A stretch of DNA of 63,752 nt, counting the filler, from Lama guanicoe (lineage: Eukaryota), in the NCBI GenBank assembly GCA_013239625.1. It is 181 parts of 181 records of this genome, joined end to end, with 100 filler letters (N's around TTAATTAATTAA, not from the genome) between each part and the next. Parts side by side here need not be neighbours in the genome. Positions count along the whole stretch, not along the records: positions 11,969 to 12,221 come from PNXV01048748.1; positions 12,322 to 12,573 come from PNXV01048749.1; positions 12,674 to 12,926 come from PNXV01048750.1; positions 13,027 to 13,279 come from PNXV01048751.1; positions 13,380 to 13,632 come from PNXV01048752.1; positions 13,733 to 13,985 come from PNXV01048753.1; positions 14,086 to 14,337 come from PNXV01048754.1; positions 14,438 to 14,689 come from PNXV01048755.1; 173 more parts are not named here. The stretch is one strand, 5' to 3'. The first letter of the stretch is position 1. Each line of letters opens with the position of its first letter. Positions 11,869 to 23,865 of this stretch are shown in pieces. The notes under the pieces are model-generated. The model was not told the DNA's origin. It saw nothing but the letters and a program-made list of their open reading frames with translations, and searched no databases. The translations under genes and the position numbers were made by a program.

Positions 11869-14437
11869 NNNNNNNNNNNNNNNNNNNNNNNNNNNNNNNN
11901 NNNNNNNNNNNNTTAATTAATTAANNNNNNNNNNNNNNNNNNNNNNNNNNNNNNNNNNNNNNNNNNNNCTGTCACTTCAGGTGTCCTGGATGCTCAGTCA
12001 CCTCAGTGCTGAGCCTGCCCCTGAACACCCAGCAGCCTCAGACCCCATCCTGTGCCCAACTGAGGCCAGGGCATCCTAAGAACCCCTCGTGTGGCTGCTG
12101 CCTTTCCTAGTGGGTCGGGAGGGAAGGGGCAAACCCCTCTCTCCTCTGTGGACCCAATCTGTGACTCCCTTATATAGTTCCCTTGGCATCCTTGTCCTCT
12201 GACCCCTCCAGTAACTGTTCANNNNNNNNNNNNNNNNNNNNNNNNNNNNNNNNNNNNNNNNNNNNTTAATTAATTAANNNNNNNNNNNNNNNNNNNNNNN
12301 NNNNNNNNNNNNNNNNNNNNNCACCACGGCACTGCTGGGAGAGTGCTTTGCTCACTACCATTATGGCCACAAGTGATAGAGATAGGGAATAGGACAGTGA
12401 CAGTGACACGTAGCACAACCCAGGATTCCCACGTGGCAGTAATAATAGTAGGAGACACGTACACAGGATGGAAACCACAGCAGTGAGTGGGAGGCAGCTG
12501 GCCTAAGAGACAGAGATACAGAGGTCATTCATTGACACACTTCATTTTCCCACTACTGTGCCCCCCACCCCCCNNNNNNNNNNNNNNNNNNNNNNNNNNN
12601 NNNNNNNNNNNNNNNNNTTAATTAATTAANNNNNNNNNNNNNNNNNNNNNNNNNNNNNNNNNNNNNNNNNNNNGTTGTGACTTGTCTAGGATGGCAAAGA
12701 TTCATATTTACACATCGTATGTCATATACTGTGCATTATATATGACATAGTTTATATTACTTATAATAGTAAATTATAGTTTGATTTTTCCTACAAACCA
12801 CTAATTATCTTATACACAAACTGGTGAGAGTTCAACCTATAATACCTGGAAAAAATTCTAAATCAAAGGGTTCACATCTGAGGCTAGCCATTAATTCAGA
12901 ACCCCATCTACAGGTACTAACGAAAGNNNNNNNNNNNNNNNNNNNNNNNNNNNNNNNNNNNNNNNNNNNNTTAATTAATTAANNNNNNNNNNNNNNNNNN
13001 NNNNNNNNNNNNNNNNNNNNNNNNNNACAGAAGCAGGCTTGGGGCTTTAACGCTGCTTTCCGTGTTCTCAGTACCGTCTCCAATAGCTTGCAGAGGGCTT
13101 GCTCTAAATCGGCAGCAGCAAGTGTCGCAGTGCTTGTCCAGACCTCTGTGAAGCGTTTTAGCACCTCTCGCCCCCAGTCCAAGGTGACTGATGTGGGCTT
13201 CATTTTTGGAACATTGCCACAAGCTCCACCACTTAACTGACACTGGGCTGCTGTTGTTACGGGATATAAAAAGATTTTTNNNNNNNNNNNNNNNNNNNNN
13301 NNNNNNNNNNNNNNNNNNNNNNNTTAATTAATTAANNNNNNNNNNNNNNNNNNNNNNNNNNNNNNNNNNNNNNNNNNNNTGTTACTAATATCAAAATGAA
13401 TTTTGTTTGCATTTTACTTGCCCTCAAAACTGTTCAGAAACTCTAGATTTTCTGTTGCTCATGTAAGATAGTCTCCTCACATCTTTGAGCTCCAAAAACC
13501 AAACAAAAGAATTCTTTATAAAAAGTCAAATTAATAGTTAAACCAGCACAACTAGGAATCTGGTCTGGAGCCTCTGTTGAAGACTTATAGCACTGCTGGT
13601 CCTGCCTTTCAAACAGGTGGTACCAACACCCANNNNNNNNNNNNNNNNNNNNNNNNNNNNNNNNNNNNNNNNNNNNTTAATTAATTAANNNNNNNNNNNN
13701 NNNNNNNNNNNNNNNNNNNNNNNNNNNNNNNNACGGACAGTCACAGGGAGGTTTAAAGGGTGCAGAACAGCAGGACCATCGTTGGTGGTGGAGGCAGACT
13801 CCCGGCTCAGATCTCCGCTCTTGGAGTAAAGAAAGGTTGATGTGCATAGCGCTCGCCTCCCGGAGTTGGGATGAACGTGAAAATGCATGAAGGGCGCTAC
13901 CCACAGAACTCAGGGAGCCAGTGAGAGGTGTGTTCGGGGATTTCAGTCCAGGAAAGAGTGTTTCCTGTCCCTCCCCTTCTTACCCNNNNNNNNNNNNNNN
14001 NNNNNNNNNNNNNNNNNNNNNNNNNNNNNTTAATTAATTAANNNNNNNNNNNNNNNNNNNNNNNNNNNNNNNNNNNNNNNNNNNNTAAATCAAAGCTTTT
14101 CATTGTTTTAATCTTAAATGCTGGTACTTGAGAGAAAGAGGTTAATAAGGATGGAACCCTGTAGAAGTTCTAAAAGATAAGTCTGAGAACTTATAAAGGC
14201 TCTTTTTATTATGCCTAATTACACTTCAAGTTGACATCAAGGCCAAGAAGCCAGGCAGTGTATTTCTCCCACATTACATGTGGCCACGGCAGGGTTCTGG
14301 ATCTCATGAACAGTCCTGTCTTCTTTCGCTCAGATTANNNNNNNNNNNNNNNNNNNNNNNNNNNNNNNNNNNNNNNNNNNNTTAATTAATTAANNNNNNN
14401 NNNNNNNNNNNNNNNNNNNNNNNNNNNNNNNNNNNNN

Positions 14438-14689
14438 AAGTCTTTATTCCATTTTGAGTTTATTTTTGTATATTGTGTGAGAAAGCATTTCAATCTGTTT
14501 CTTTTGCATATAGCTGTCCAGTTTCCCAGCACTATTTTTTGAAGTTTCCTTTTTCCCGCTATATAGCCTTGCCTCATTTGTTGGAGATTAATTGACCGTA
14601 TGTGAATGGGTTTGTTTCTGGGCTCTCTGTTCAGTTCTGGTGATCTCTGTGTCTGTCTTCATGCCAGTACCATACTGTTTTGATGGCTG
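14438..14689 (-). mobile_element. L1 ORF2 fragment
   Basis: Translates [29 protein letters not shown]. Confidence 0.92.
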
Positions 14690-14789
14690 NNNNNNNNNNN
14701 NNNNNNNNNNNNNNNNNNNNNNNNNNNNNNNNNTTAATTAATTAANNNNNNNNNNNNNNNNNNNNNNNNNNNNNNNNNNNNNNNNNNNN

Positions 14790-15042
14790 ACAAAGAAAGG
14801 CATTTTGTAATGACAAAGGGATCAGTACAAGAAAAAAAATGTATTACATCCCTTAACACATGCACCCAAAACAGTAGCATCTAAAGAAATATAAAAGCAA
14901 ATACCAACAGACATAAAGGCAGAATTGAAAACAATATAAAAATAATAGGGGATTTTAACACCTCCACTTAAATGAATGGATAAGTCATCCAGACAGAAAA
15001 TCATTAAAGCAGCAGTTGTCATAAATGATACAATAGAACACT
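14790..15042 (+). mobile_element. L1 ORF2 endonuclease domain, frameshifted
   Basis: ATAATAGGGGATTTTAACACC (IIGDFNT motif) and GATAAGTCATCCAGACAGAAAATC. Confidence 0.9.
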
Positions 15043-15208
15043 NNNNNNNNNNNNNNNNNNNNNNNNNNNNNNNNNNNNNNNNNNNNTTAATTAATTAANN
15101 NNNNNNNNNNNNNNNNNNNNNNNNNNNNNNNNNNNNNNNNNNTCTGAGCACATGAATGGACTTCAATGTACACTTGCCTCTATGCATCTTCTTATTTTAA
15201 AAAAAGTA

Positions 15209-15329
15209 GGGAGGGGACAGCTCAGTGGTAGAGTGTGTTCTTAGCATGCACAAGGTCCTAGGTTCAATCCCCACTACCTCCATTTAAATCAATCAGTCAA
15301 CTTAATTTTCTTCCCCACACACAAAATAA
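15209..15329 (+). mobile_element. tRNA-Ala-derived SINE, camelid Vic-1 type
   Basis: A box CAGCTCAGTGG, anticodon arm CTTAGCATGC, B box GGTTCAATCC (15261-15270), then CCTCCATT, AT-rich linker, C-run and A tail. Confidence 0.88.
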
Positions 15330-15847
15330 GTCCAATATTTAAGCTATTGAAAGTTTTCTGTTTAATGAAGAATACTGCATAGATATTCTTAATGNNNNNN
15401 NNNNNNNNNNNNNNNNNNNNNNNNNNNNNNNNNNNNNNTTAATTAATTAANNNNNNNNNNNNNNNNNNNNNNNNNNNNNNNNNNNNNNNNNNNNCCTGGG
15501 CCTGTCACGCAGGTTTTCTGAGCCACCGTGTCCGACATCAGTCGTATCACTTCAGTCTCTCTGCTGATGAAACCCGCGTGGTACGTGACACCAGCACCTA
15601 TTTCCAGGGCCGCGCTGGGAATCAGACGGGTTAAGGCAGGGAAGTGTGCCTCATCATTGGGACGTGGTCGGCTCGGCTTTGTTGGTGTTTTGTTACCAGA
15701 CAGAAAAAGAAATGCTTGTGCATGAAGGGCCCGACAACACAAGATCTNNNNNNNNNNNNNNNNNNNNNNNNNNNNNNNNNNNNNNNNNNNNTTAATTAAT
15801 TAANNNNNNNNNNNNNNNNNNNNNNNNNNNNNNNNNNNNNNNNNNNN

Positions 15848-16100
15848 ATAACTCTAGTTGCTGTCTGTCACCATATAAAGATAATACATAATATATAATC
15901 ATAGAGGCGTTCACAAAAGCAGTTACGTTGACAGCTTCTATCCCTCAAAGATTTCCGTCACAACTTATCACTTATAGTTTCCTTTAAATTTTAACCAAAA
16001 CTGGACTAAAGTATTTGGGGGTTTTGATAACTTTAATTCATCTCTATATTCTCCACACTGTACATTTCACACATGTGACCCATTTAGTTTGTAACTGAAA
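15848..16100 (-). mobile_element. L1 3' UTR remnant interrupted by an unidentified segment of about 145 bp
   Basis: CTAGTTGCTGTCTGTCACCATATAAAG at the start and CTATATTCTCCACACTGTACATT...TGTAACTG at the end are adjacent in the L1 3' UTR consensus as recalled. Confidence 0.55.
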
Positions 16101-17259
16101 NNNNNNNNNNNNNNNNNNNNNNNNNNNNNNNNNNNNNNNNNNNNTTAATTAATTAANNNNNNNNNNNNNNNNNNNNNNNNNNNNNNNNNNNNNNNNNNNN
16201 GCCATCCAAGTATCAGGGGCTGGAGATGGAATCACAGACTCAAAGACGGTCAGGCTCCACTGCCCACACTCAGTAACACAGTGCTGGGGGCAGGGAGACT
16301 GTCCCCTTCACGGAGCACACAGCCCGGCAGCCTGGGCTTCTCTGGCTGGATGCAGAGTGGCTCAGAGACAGACAGGCAGATGATGGCTGCCATCGCCAGA
16401 CAGACTTGTCAGTGTCATTTGCTGCTTCCTTTATGTTCCTGTCCTTAAATGACNNNNNNNNNNNNNNNNNNNNNNNNNNNNNNNNNNNNNNNNNNNNTTA
16501 ATTAATTAANNNNNNNNNNNNNNNNNNNNNNNNNNNNNNNNNNNNNNNNNNNNAAGTTCTGTTTTTAAGTTTAAAATTTTTATCATTTTCTTCTGTAAGA
16601 GTGCATCCTTAATTGCTATTTTACTTACAGCATTATTTTAATTGTTATACAATGTCTTACTGAGCAGTTGTAGAACATTTCTAAATATGTAGTCAAGTAT
16701 AGCAAATATTTAAATTTTTAAAATGAAGTTCACTTATGTCTGTCTTGCCCTCACCTGTAGGAATACCGAGGTGGCAACGGTAGGGAGTCTTTAAATTACA
16801 ACCAGTNNNNNNNNNNNNNNNNNNNNNNNNNNNNNNNNNNNNNNNNNNNNTTAATTAATTAANNNNNNNNNNNNNNNNNNNNNNNNNNNNNNNNNNNNNN
16901 NNNNNNTTAGAATCACTTTTCTTGGGATATTCATTTTCATATTTCTAAGTTGCTTCACTTTCTAGGATTACATGGCTTATAACTTCAATTTTAACTAACT
17001 TTGAATGGCTCAGAACATTTCTTAGATACTATGAAAGTTGTCTAGCCATGGTCTTAAAACCAAAAGCAAGGTGAAAATAGATGAATTTTTTAAAGTAACA
17101 TAAAGCCAAGAAAAACAAAGGAATACATGAAGGTGCCTACTATAGCAAAGACATAATTGNNNNNNNNNNNNNNNNNNNNNNNNNNNNNNNNNNNNNNNNN
17201 NNNTTAATTAATTAANNNNNNNNNNNNNNNNNNNNNNNNNNNNNNNNNNNNNNNNNNNN

Positions 17260-17512
17260 TGTGTCAATAACTCCAAACCCTGACTTTTTTTTTTCTTTTT
17301 ACCTTTTGACCCCCCTGACCCTACCTTTCACTTCTGGCAACCACCAGTCTGTTATCTATATTTATTCACTTTTTTAAAAAAAAATTTAGGCTCCACATAT
17401 AAGTGAGATCATACAGTATTTGTCTAACTCTGTCTGATTTATTTCACTTGGCATGATGCCTTCAAGTTCCACCCATGTTGTCCCATTTGGCAAGATGTCC
17501 TTATTTTTATGG
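17260..17512 (-). mobile_element. L1 3' UTR
   Basis: TCTGGCAACCACCA...CCACATATAAGTGAGATCATACAGTATTTGTC. Confidence 0.92.
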
Positions 17513-17612
17513 NNNNNNNNNNNNNNNNNNNNNNNNNNNNNNNNNNNNNNNNNNNNTTAATTAATTAANNNNNNNNNNNNNNNNNNNNNNNNNNNNNNNN
17601 NNNNNNNNNNNN

Positions 17613-17723
17613 TTACTCCTGCTGAAAGTAAGGGAAATTTTCCCTCTCTTCTTACTTTTTAAAACACTTAGTTTAGAAAAACTGTAATCATAAGCACTTT
17701 CTCCTCTTTCTGAAATGTATATA
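17613..17723 (+). mobile_element. ERV1-type LTR fragment (MER34-like)
   Basis: TTTAGAAAAACTGTAATCATAAGCACTTTCTCCTCTTTCTGAAATGTATATA. Confidence 0.5.
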
Positions 17724-17865
17724 CAGTTGTTGACCTTTGAACAACATGAGTTTGAACTGCATGAGTCCGCTTATTCGTGAATTTTTTTTCCAGTCAGTTC
17801 ATACAGCACTATATAATCCAAGGTTGTCTGAATTTGTGGCAGGTCCTGGAACCAATCCCCTGTGG
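17724..17865 (+). mobile_element. Tigger2-type non-autonomous DNA transposon
   Basis: Follows TA. TIR-like start CAGTTG(TTG)ACCTTTGAACAACATGAGTTTGAACTGC; ends CAGGTCCTGGAACCAATCCCCTGTGG. Confidence 0.78.
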
Positions 17866-18320
17866 NNNNNNNNNNNNNNNNNNNNNNNNNNNNNNNNNNN
17901 NNNNNNNNNTTAATTAATTAANNNNNNNNNNNNNNNNNNNNNNNNNNNNNNNNNNNNNNNNNNNNAGGAATTGCTTTTTCTTTCCTTAAGAAGGAAGTGT
18001 ACAAGTTGCAAGAGCGACATAAATAGGAACTGGGAAGCAATATTCCAGTTTTCATGTGCATTAAAGCCTAAACCAGCTCTCAGGGAACAAGGAATTAATC
18101 TGTGGTCCACAGTTAGACCACAGATTAGAGAAGGCTTTCACCATTTTATCAGTAGTCACCATCTGTTCAGGACGGCAAGTCCTACTGATCACTTGAAGAG
18201 TTTTATTTTGTTGAATGGNNNNNNNNNNNNNNNNNNNNNNNNNNNNNNNNNNNNNNNNNNNNTTAATTAATTAANNNNNNNNNNNNNNNNNNNNNNNNNN
18301 NNNNNNNNNNNNNNNNNNTT

Positions 18321-18569
<249 letters not shown>

Positions 18570-19377
18570 TTNNNNNNNNNNNNNNNNNNNNNNNNNNNNN
18601 NNNNNNNNNNNNNNNTTAATTAATTAANNNNNNNNNNNNNNNNNNNNNNNNNNNNNNNNNNNNNNNNNNNNGGCACATAAGGGTTAATAAATGCCTGAAT
18701 ATATTAAAAAATGAACTATACAGATTGGGCCCTGTGAGCTCCAAAGAACAGGGACTTCATTCTTTAGATGCTCTGAGGGGTCATCACAATTTTAATAGCA
18801 ACATGCTAATTCCCTATCTGACTTCTTTCTTTACTCTTGGCAAAGGAGGCTTTTTATTTTCTTTCTACTCTTCCCTTCATGCAGGAAAATATCTGTCTCT
18901 CCTCTGAATTACTACAGACATTCANNNNNNNNNNNNNNNNNNNNNNNNNNNNNNNNNNNNNNNNNNNNTTAATTAATTAANNNNNNNNNNNNNNNNNNNN
19001 NNNNNNNNNNNNNNNNNNNNNNNNAACTGCATCTGCCCTGAGCGAGCCCTCATGTGTCTCCCCCGTGGGCCCCGGGCTCTTGGCAGCAGAGACAATACCC
19101 TGTTCACCAAATATCCCGCGTGGCTTCTGGGAGAAACCCAGAATTCTTAGAACCTGTAAGCCTTGGAGAACGTCCCTAAGTCAAAACCCCTGGTTTTGCA
19201 GGGGAGGGAAGTACAGCTCTTTGGGGGACAGTTTTGCTGTATCTTTGTCATTTCCATATTTAATCCCTTCCTCCTGGNNNNNNNNNNNNNNNNNNNNNNN
19301 NNNNNNNNNNNNNNNNNNNNNTTAATTAATTAANNNNNNNNNNNNNNNNNNNNNNNNNNNNNNNNNNNNNNNNNNNN

Positions 19378-19629
19378 CTGAAAGCCTTCTCACTAAAATC
19401 TGGAACAAGACAAGGATGCCCACTCTTACACACTTTTATTCAGCATAGTCTTGGTAGTTCTAGCCACAGCAATCAGGCAAGAAAAAGAAATAAAATGGGA
19501 TCCAAATTGGAGAGAAGATGTAAAATTGTCACTTTATGCAGATGACATGATACTATATATACAAAACCCTAAAAGCTCTACACAAAAACTACTAGAGATG
19601 GTGAAAGTATTTGGCAAGATAGCAGGATA
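19378..19629 (+). mobile_element. L1 ORF2 reverse transcriptase core, frameshifted
   Basis: SGTRQGCPL...[13 protein letters not shown]...[13 protein letters not shown], with small indels. Confidence 0.96.
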
Positions 19630-19817
19630 NNNNNNNNNNNNNNNNNNNNNNNNNNNNNNNNNNNNNNNNNNNNTTAATTAATTAANNNNNNNNNNNNNNN
19701 NNNNNNNNNNNNNNNNNNNNNNNNNNNNNAAAAAAAAGAATCTTCACATTTGACATAATATGGTCATCTTTGAAATTTTTCTTCTACTGTCTTCTAGGAT
19801 AAACCATACTGATTCTT

Positions 19818-19927
19818 TTCACTCATTTATTCATTTATTTATTTAACCAGTATTTATCGGGTGCCTGTCTATGCCAGCCACTCTTCAAGGTACTGGGAAT
19901 TCAGTATTGAAAACATAGACAAAAATC
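19818..19927 (-). mobile_element. L2 3' end
   Basis: (TTCA/TTTA)n tail, then AGTATTTATCGGGTGCCTGTCTATGCCAG. Confidence 0.7.
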
Positions 19928-20082
19928 TACTTATATTCTGTCTATCTTTCTTCCATTCATTCTTCTATTTCTTTTCTTTTTTNNNNNNNNNNNNNNNNNN
20001 NNNNNNNNNNNNNNNNNNNNNNNNNNTTAATTAATTAANNNNNNNNNNNNNNNNNNNNNNNNNNNNNNNNNNNNNNNNNNNN

Positions 20083-20335
20083 ATGTGTTTCAGGTGTTCT
20101 TTTTTCTTGCTCAATAGTATTCCATTGTATAAGCAGGGCACATTTTGTTTATCCATTCATTGACTGATAGATATTCAGATTGTTTCCAATTTTTATTATT
20201 ATGACTATACTGCTACGAACATTTTGCACTATATATTTGGGAGGCCATATATTTTCACTTCTCTTGGGTAGATTTCAAGGAAAAATACTTGCTGGATCAT
20301 ATGGTAAATGTATGTTTAACTTTTTAAGAAACGGC
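20083..20335 (-). mobile_element. old L1 3' region
   Basis: TAGTATTCCATTGTAT...TTTATCCATTCA...GCTGGATCATATGGTAAATGTATGTTTAACTTTTTAAGAAA. Confidence 0.88.
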
Positions 20336-21884
20336 NNNNNNNNNNNNNNNNNNNNNNNNNNNNNNNNNNNNNNNNNNNNTTAATTAATTAANNNNNNNNN
20401 NNNNNNNNNNNNNNNNNNNNNNNNNNNNNNNNNNNGCGATAAAGGGATGGGTCATAAGAGGAACTACGAGGCAAGAGCTGGCCCGTCATGGGAGTTGAGG
20501 AGGAAGGCAGAGGGGAGATGCTGGGTTTGGAACCCATGCATTTCATTCAATCCAAATAGAAGCCGTCTCATGATAGACTTCCCCCCCTCCTCCCTGCAAA
20601 TACACTACCTCGCTACTTCCGAACTTACTGCCTTGGGCGGCACCCCATTTAAAGGCTGGCCTACCCATACCCTTATCCAGTCCACACTNNNNNNNNNNNN
20701 NNNNNNNNNNNNNNNNNNNNNNNNNNNNNNNNTTAATTAATTAANNNNNNNNNNNNNNNNNNNNNNNNNNNNNNNNNNNNNNNNNNNNTCCAACCCATAA
20801 GACATCTCCAGTCCTGACACACATACACCACTGTCTGTACAGACCTCCTCCACGGACAAAAAGCTGACAAAGTGGGGGCCTTGGATTCCCATTGGCAGAG
20901 AGAAGAGGCCCCTCAGGAGTCCTCTTTCCTCCTCATCAGCCCTGTCCTTGGGTGTGGCCATGACAGGACCAGCAGGTTACCAAGTGTTCAACAACCCATT
21001 CCTGCCCAGAGGGGACACCTCCCCTCAAGTCCCCCTTCTCCNNNNNNNNNNNNNNNNNNNNNNNNNNNNNNNNNNNNNNNNNNNNTTAATTAATTAANNN
21101 NNNNNNNNNNNNNNNNNNNNNNNNNNNNNNNNNNNNNNNNNTGAAGGGAGCCAGCACTGCACAGGAAGGAGGCACCAAGGTGCAGCCCGCCTTTAAGGAG
21201 CCCTGCTCCCAGCAGAGTCCCCAGCGTGCAAACAGGAAAACAGCCCTGAAGCCTGGCCTCCGTCTGAGAGCCACTTCTCTGTTCTATTACCTTCTTGATG
21301 AAGAAATTCTGTCTCACAGCCAAGGAGACCTCTCCCTCCCTGTTGAAGCCTCCTCAGTCTTATCTGGCCATCTGTGGGCGCTGGTACCACCTCCNNNNNN
21401 NNNNNNNNNNNNNNNNNNNNNNNNNNNNNNNNNNNNNNTTAATTAATTAANNNNNNNNNNNNNNNNNNNNNNNNNNNNNNNNNNNNNNNNNNNNTTTAGC
21501 AGCTGTATGGTCCATCTTTGACTTTAGACATCAGGCAAAACTTAAAGTAAGTGCCATGGTCTAAAAGTATGACAGCCTAGAAGTAAATATAAACCTAAAG
21601 TATGTATCAGCTATTACAAAGCTCAGATTGATGCCAATTCATTGTTTATCTGCCTACCAAAAGAAAAATTTAAGTTTTTTGGAAGTAGTTAACATCATCC
21701 AGAATTTCTGTGGTATTATACACAGAATGCTCATCTTATCCAAAATTNNNNNNNNNNNNNNNNNNNNNNNNNNNNNNNNNNNNNNNNNNNNTTAATTAAT
21801 TAANNNNNNNNNNNNNNNNNNNNNNNNNNNNNNNNNNNNNNNNNNNNTTTTTCACAATTTATGGGGGACTGAGGTTGTTCTTCT

Positions 21885-22100
21885 CTGTATGCCCTCTCAG
21901 CCATGGTGTGCAGCAACTTGCAGTCCCCCAGGGCTGCCTCAGTACAGCCACCCCAGTCCTCTGCCAGGCTCGGGCTTCCTGTCCCAGCCCCAGCTGCTGG
22001 CTCACATCTCAGGCTGGGTGTCGTGGGGACCCTTTGTGCCTGTTTAACTCTGTTCTGTTGGTCAAGGGGTGCTTGGGGCAGATCTGAGCCTCAGAGGCTC
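21885..22100. repeat. Interspersed repeat, copy 1 (homologous to 47968-48220); possibly an L1 5' UTR
   Basis: Collinear shared anchors CCATGGTGTGCAGCA and CAGATCTGAGCCTCAGAGG. Confidence 0.8.
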
Positions 22101-22906
22101 NNNNNNNNNNNNNNNNNNNNNNNNNNNNNNNNNNNNNNNNNNNNTTAATTAATTAANNNNNNNNNNNNNNNNNNNNNNNNNNNNNNNNNNNNNNNNNNNN
22201 AATCCCTTCTGTTCTAATAAGAACTTTAATTCTGTTTATGAATATAATGTATTTTTATACATGTGCTTTTTTTCTGAATGTCATGTATATGAAATCACAT
22301 AATGTGTAGCCCTTCATGTCCTTAATTTGGCAAAATGTATTAAGATTCATTTATCTTCTTTAGTAAATCAGAGCCCTTTCCTTTTTATTGTAGAGCAGTA
22401 TTTCGTCATCGTGATGTTAAACAACGTCCTGCTGGTTTCTAGTTTTTGACAATNNNNNNNNNNNNNNNNNNNNNNNNNNNNNNNNNNNNNNNNNNNNTTA
22501 ATTAATTAANNNNNNNNNNNNNNNNNNNNNNNNNNNNNNNNNNNNNNNNNNNNATATCACAATGTTTTTTGCAAAGTGCAAAAATGAAGAACTTGATCAG
22601 ATGTTTATAAAAATGTGTAATAAAGTAAAGATAATTAAACCAGTGTAGCACTGGTTTCAGAACAGAGAGAACATGTGGATGGAATAAAATATCAAAAGGA
22701 ACCCCCTAAAAATTATGTGGGAATTTAGTACATGATAAAGTCACATATTAAATGAGAATTTTTCAATTTGGAAAAGAATTATGTTAGATCTCTACCTCTG
22801 GCCCTTNNNNNNNNNNNNNNNNNNNNNNNNNNNNNNNNNNNNNNNNNNNNTTAATTAATTAANNNNNNNNNNNNNNNNNNNNNNNNNNNNNNNNNNNNNN
22901 NNNNNN

Positions 22907-22921
22907 TGTGTGTGTGTGTGT
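22907..22921 (+). repeat. (TG)n microsatellite at contig start
   Basis: Directly visible. Confidence 0.9.
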
Positions 22922-23612
22922 AGAAGTGACTTGATAAAGTTCTTTTTTTCTTTCATGGAAAATTGACCTCCTTAACTTTCTCTCTCTAATGGATTCAATT
23001 TCAGTAAAGTCTGTTTCCCCCAAGAAATTGTCCATTTCATCTGTTGCCACATTATTGAATAAAAGGGTGTGGAGTAGTCTTTGATGACCTTTTTGTTTTT
23101 CTCTGTAAAAGTAGTATTGTTTCTTATTAGGGGTATGTGCCCCCTTTATTCTTTTTTTTNNNNNNNNNNNNNNNNNNNNNNNNNNNNNNNNNNNNNNNNN
23201 NNNTTAATTAATTAANNNNNNNNNNNNNNNNNNNNNNNNNNNNNNNNNNNNNNNNNNNNTTCCAGGCAGAGTGTAGTTAAGAATGGTCTTGATAGTTCTG
23301 AGGACAAACTTTTTCCCTTCGGGAGATATAGTGTCCCAGATAATGCACCGGAAGACAACAAAGTTGCATTTTTGTCCCTTGAAACCTTATGTTCCTTGCA
23401 AGCCAGAGTCTCTAATAAGTATTGGGTGTGACTATGAGTTACTGAACCTAGTAGAACAAAGAAGGTCTTCTACATATTGAATGAGGGTTGAATTACAAGA
23501 CCCAATTCTTTANNNNNNNNNNNNNNNNNNNNNNNNNNNNNNNNNNNNNNNNNNNNTTAATTAATTAANNNNNNNNNNNNNNNNNNNNNNNNNNNNNNNN
23601 NNNNNNNNNNNN

Positions 23613-23865
23613 TAAAAAAAAAACAACTTAAAAAAATGAGCAAAAGATTTGAATATACTTTTTCCAAGGAAGAAATGCAGATGGCCAACAGGCACATGAA
23701 AAGATTCTCAGCATCACAGAGCATCAATCATCTGTCAGAATGGCTATCATCAAAAATAAAAAATGAATGCTGGTGAAGACGTGAAGAAAAGGGAACGTAT
23801 ACACTCTTAGAAGAAATGTAAATTGGTGCAGCAACTGTGGAAAACAGCATGGAGTTTCCTCAAAA
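23613..23865 (+). mobile_element. L1 ORF2 C-terminal fragment
   Basis: CAGATGGCCAACAGGCACATGAAAAGAT...GTAAATTGGTGCAGC...GGAAAACAGCATGGAG. Confidence 0.9.

Noticed and set aside
13733..13985. Cys/His-rich peptide (HHQRWSCC...CDC) as a zinc-binding domain
   Set aside because: The spacing does not fit the Btk or CHORD motifs and there is no splice support
15209..15292. tRNA-Ala gene calls here and at 26084 and 32551
   Set aside because: Mismatched stems plus SINE tails show these are SINE heads, not tRNA genes
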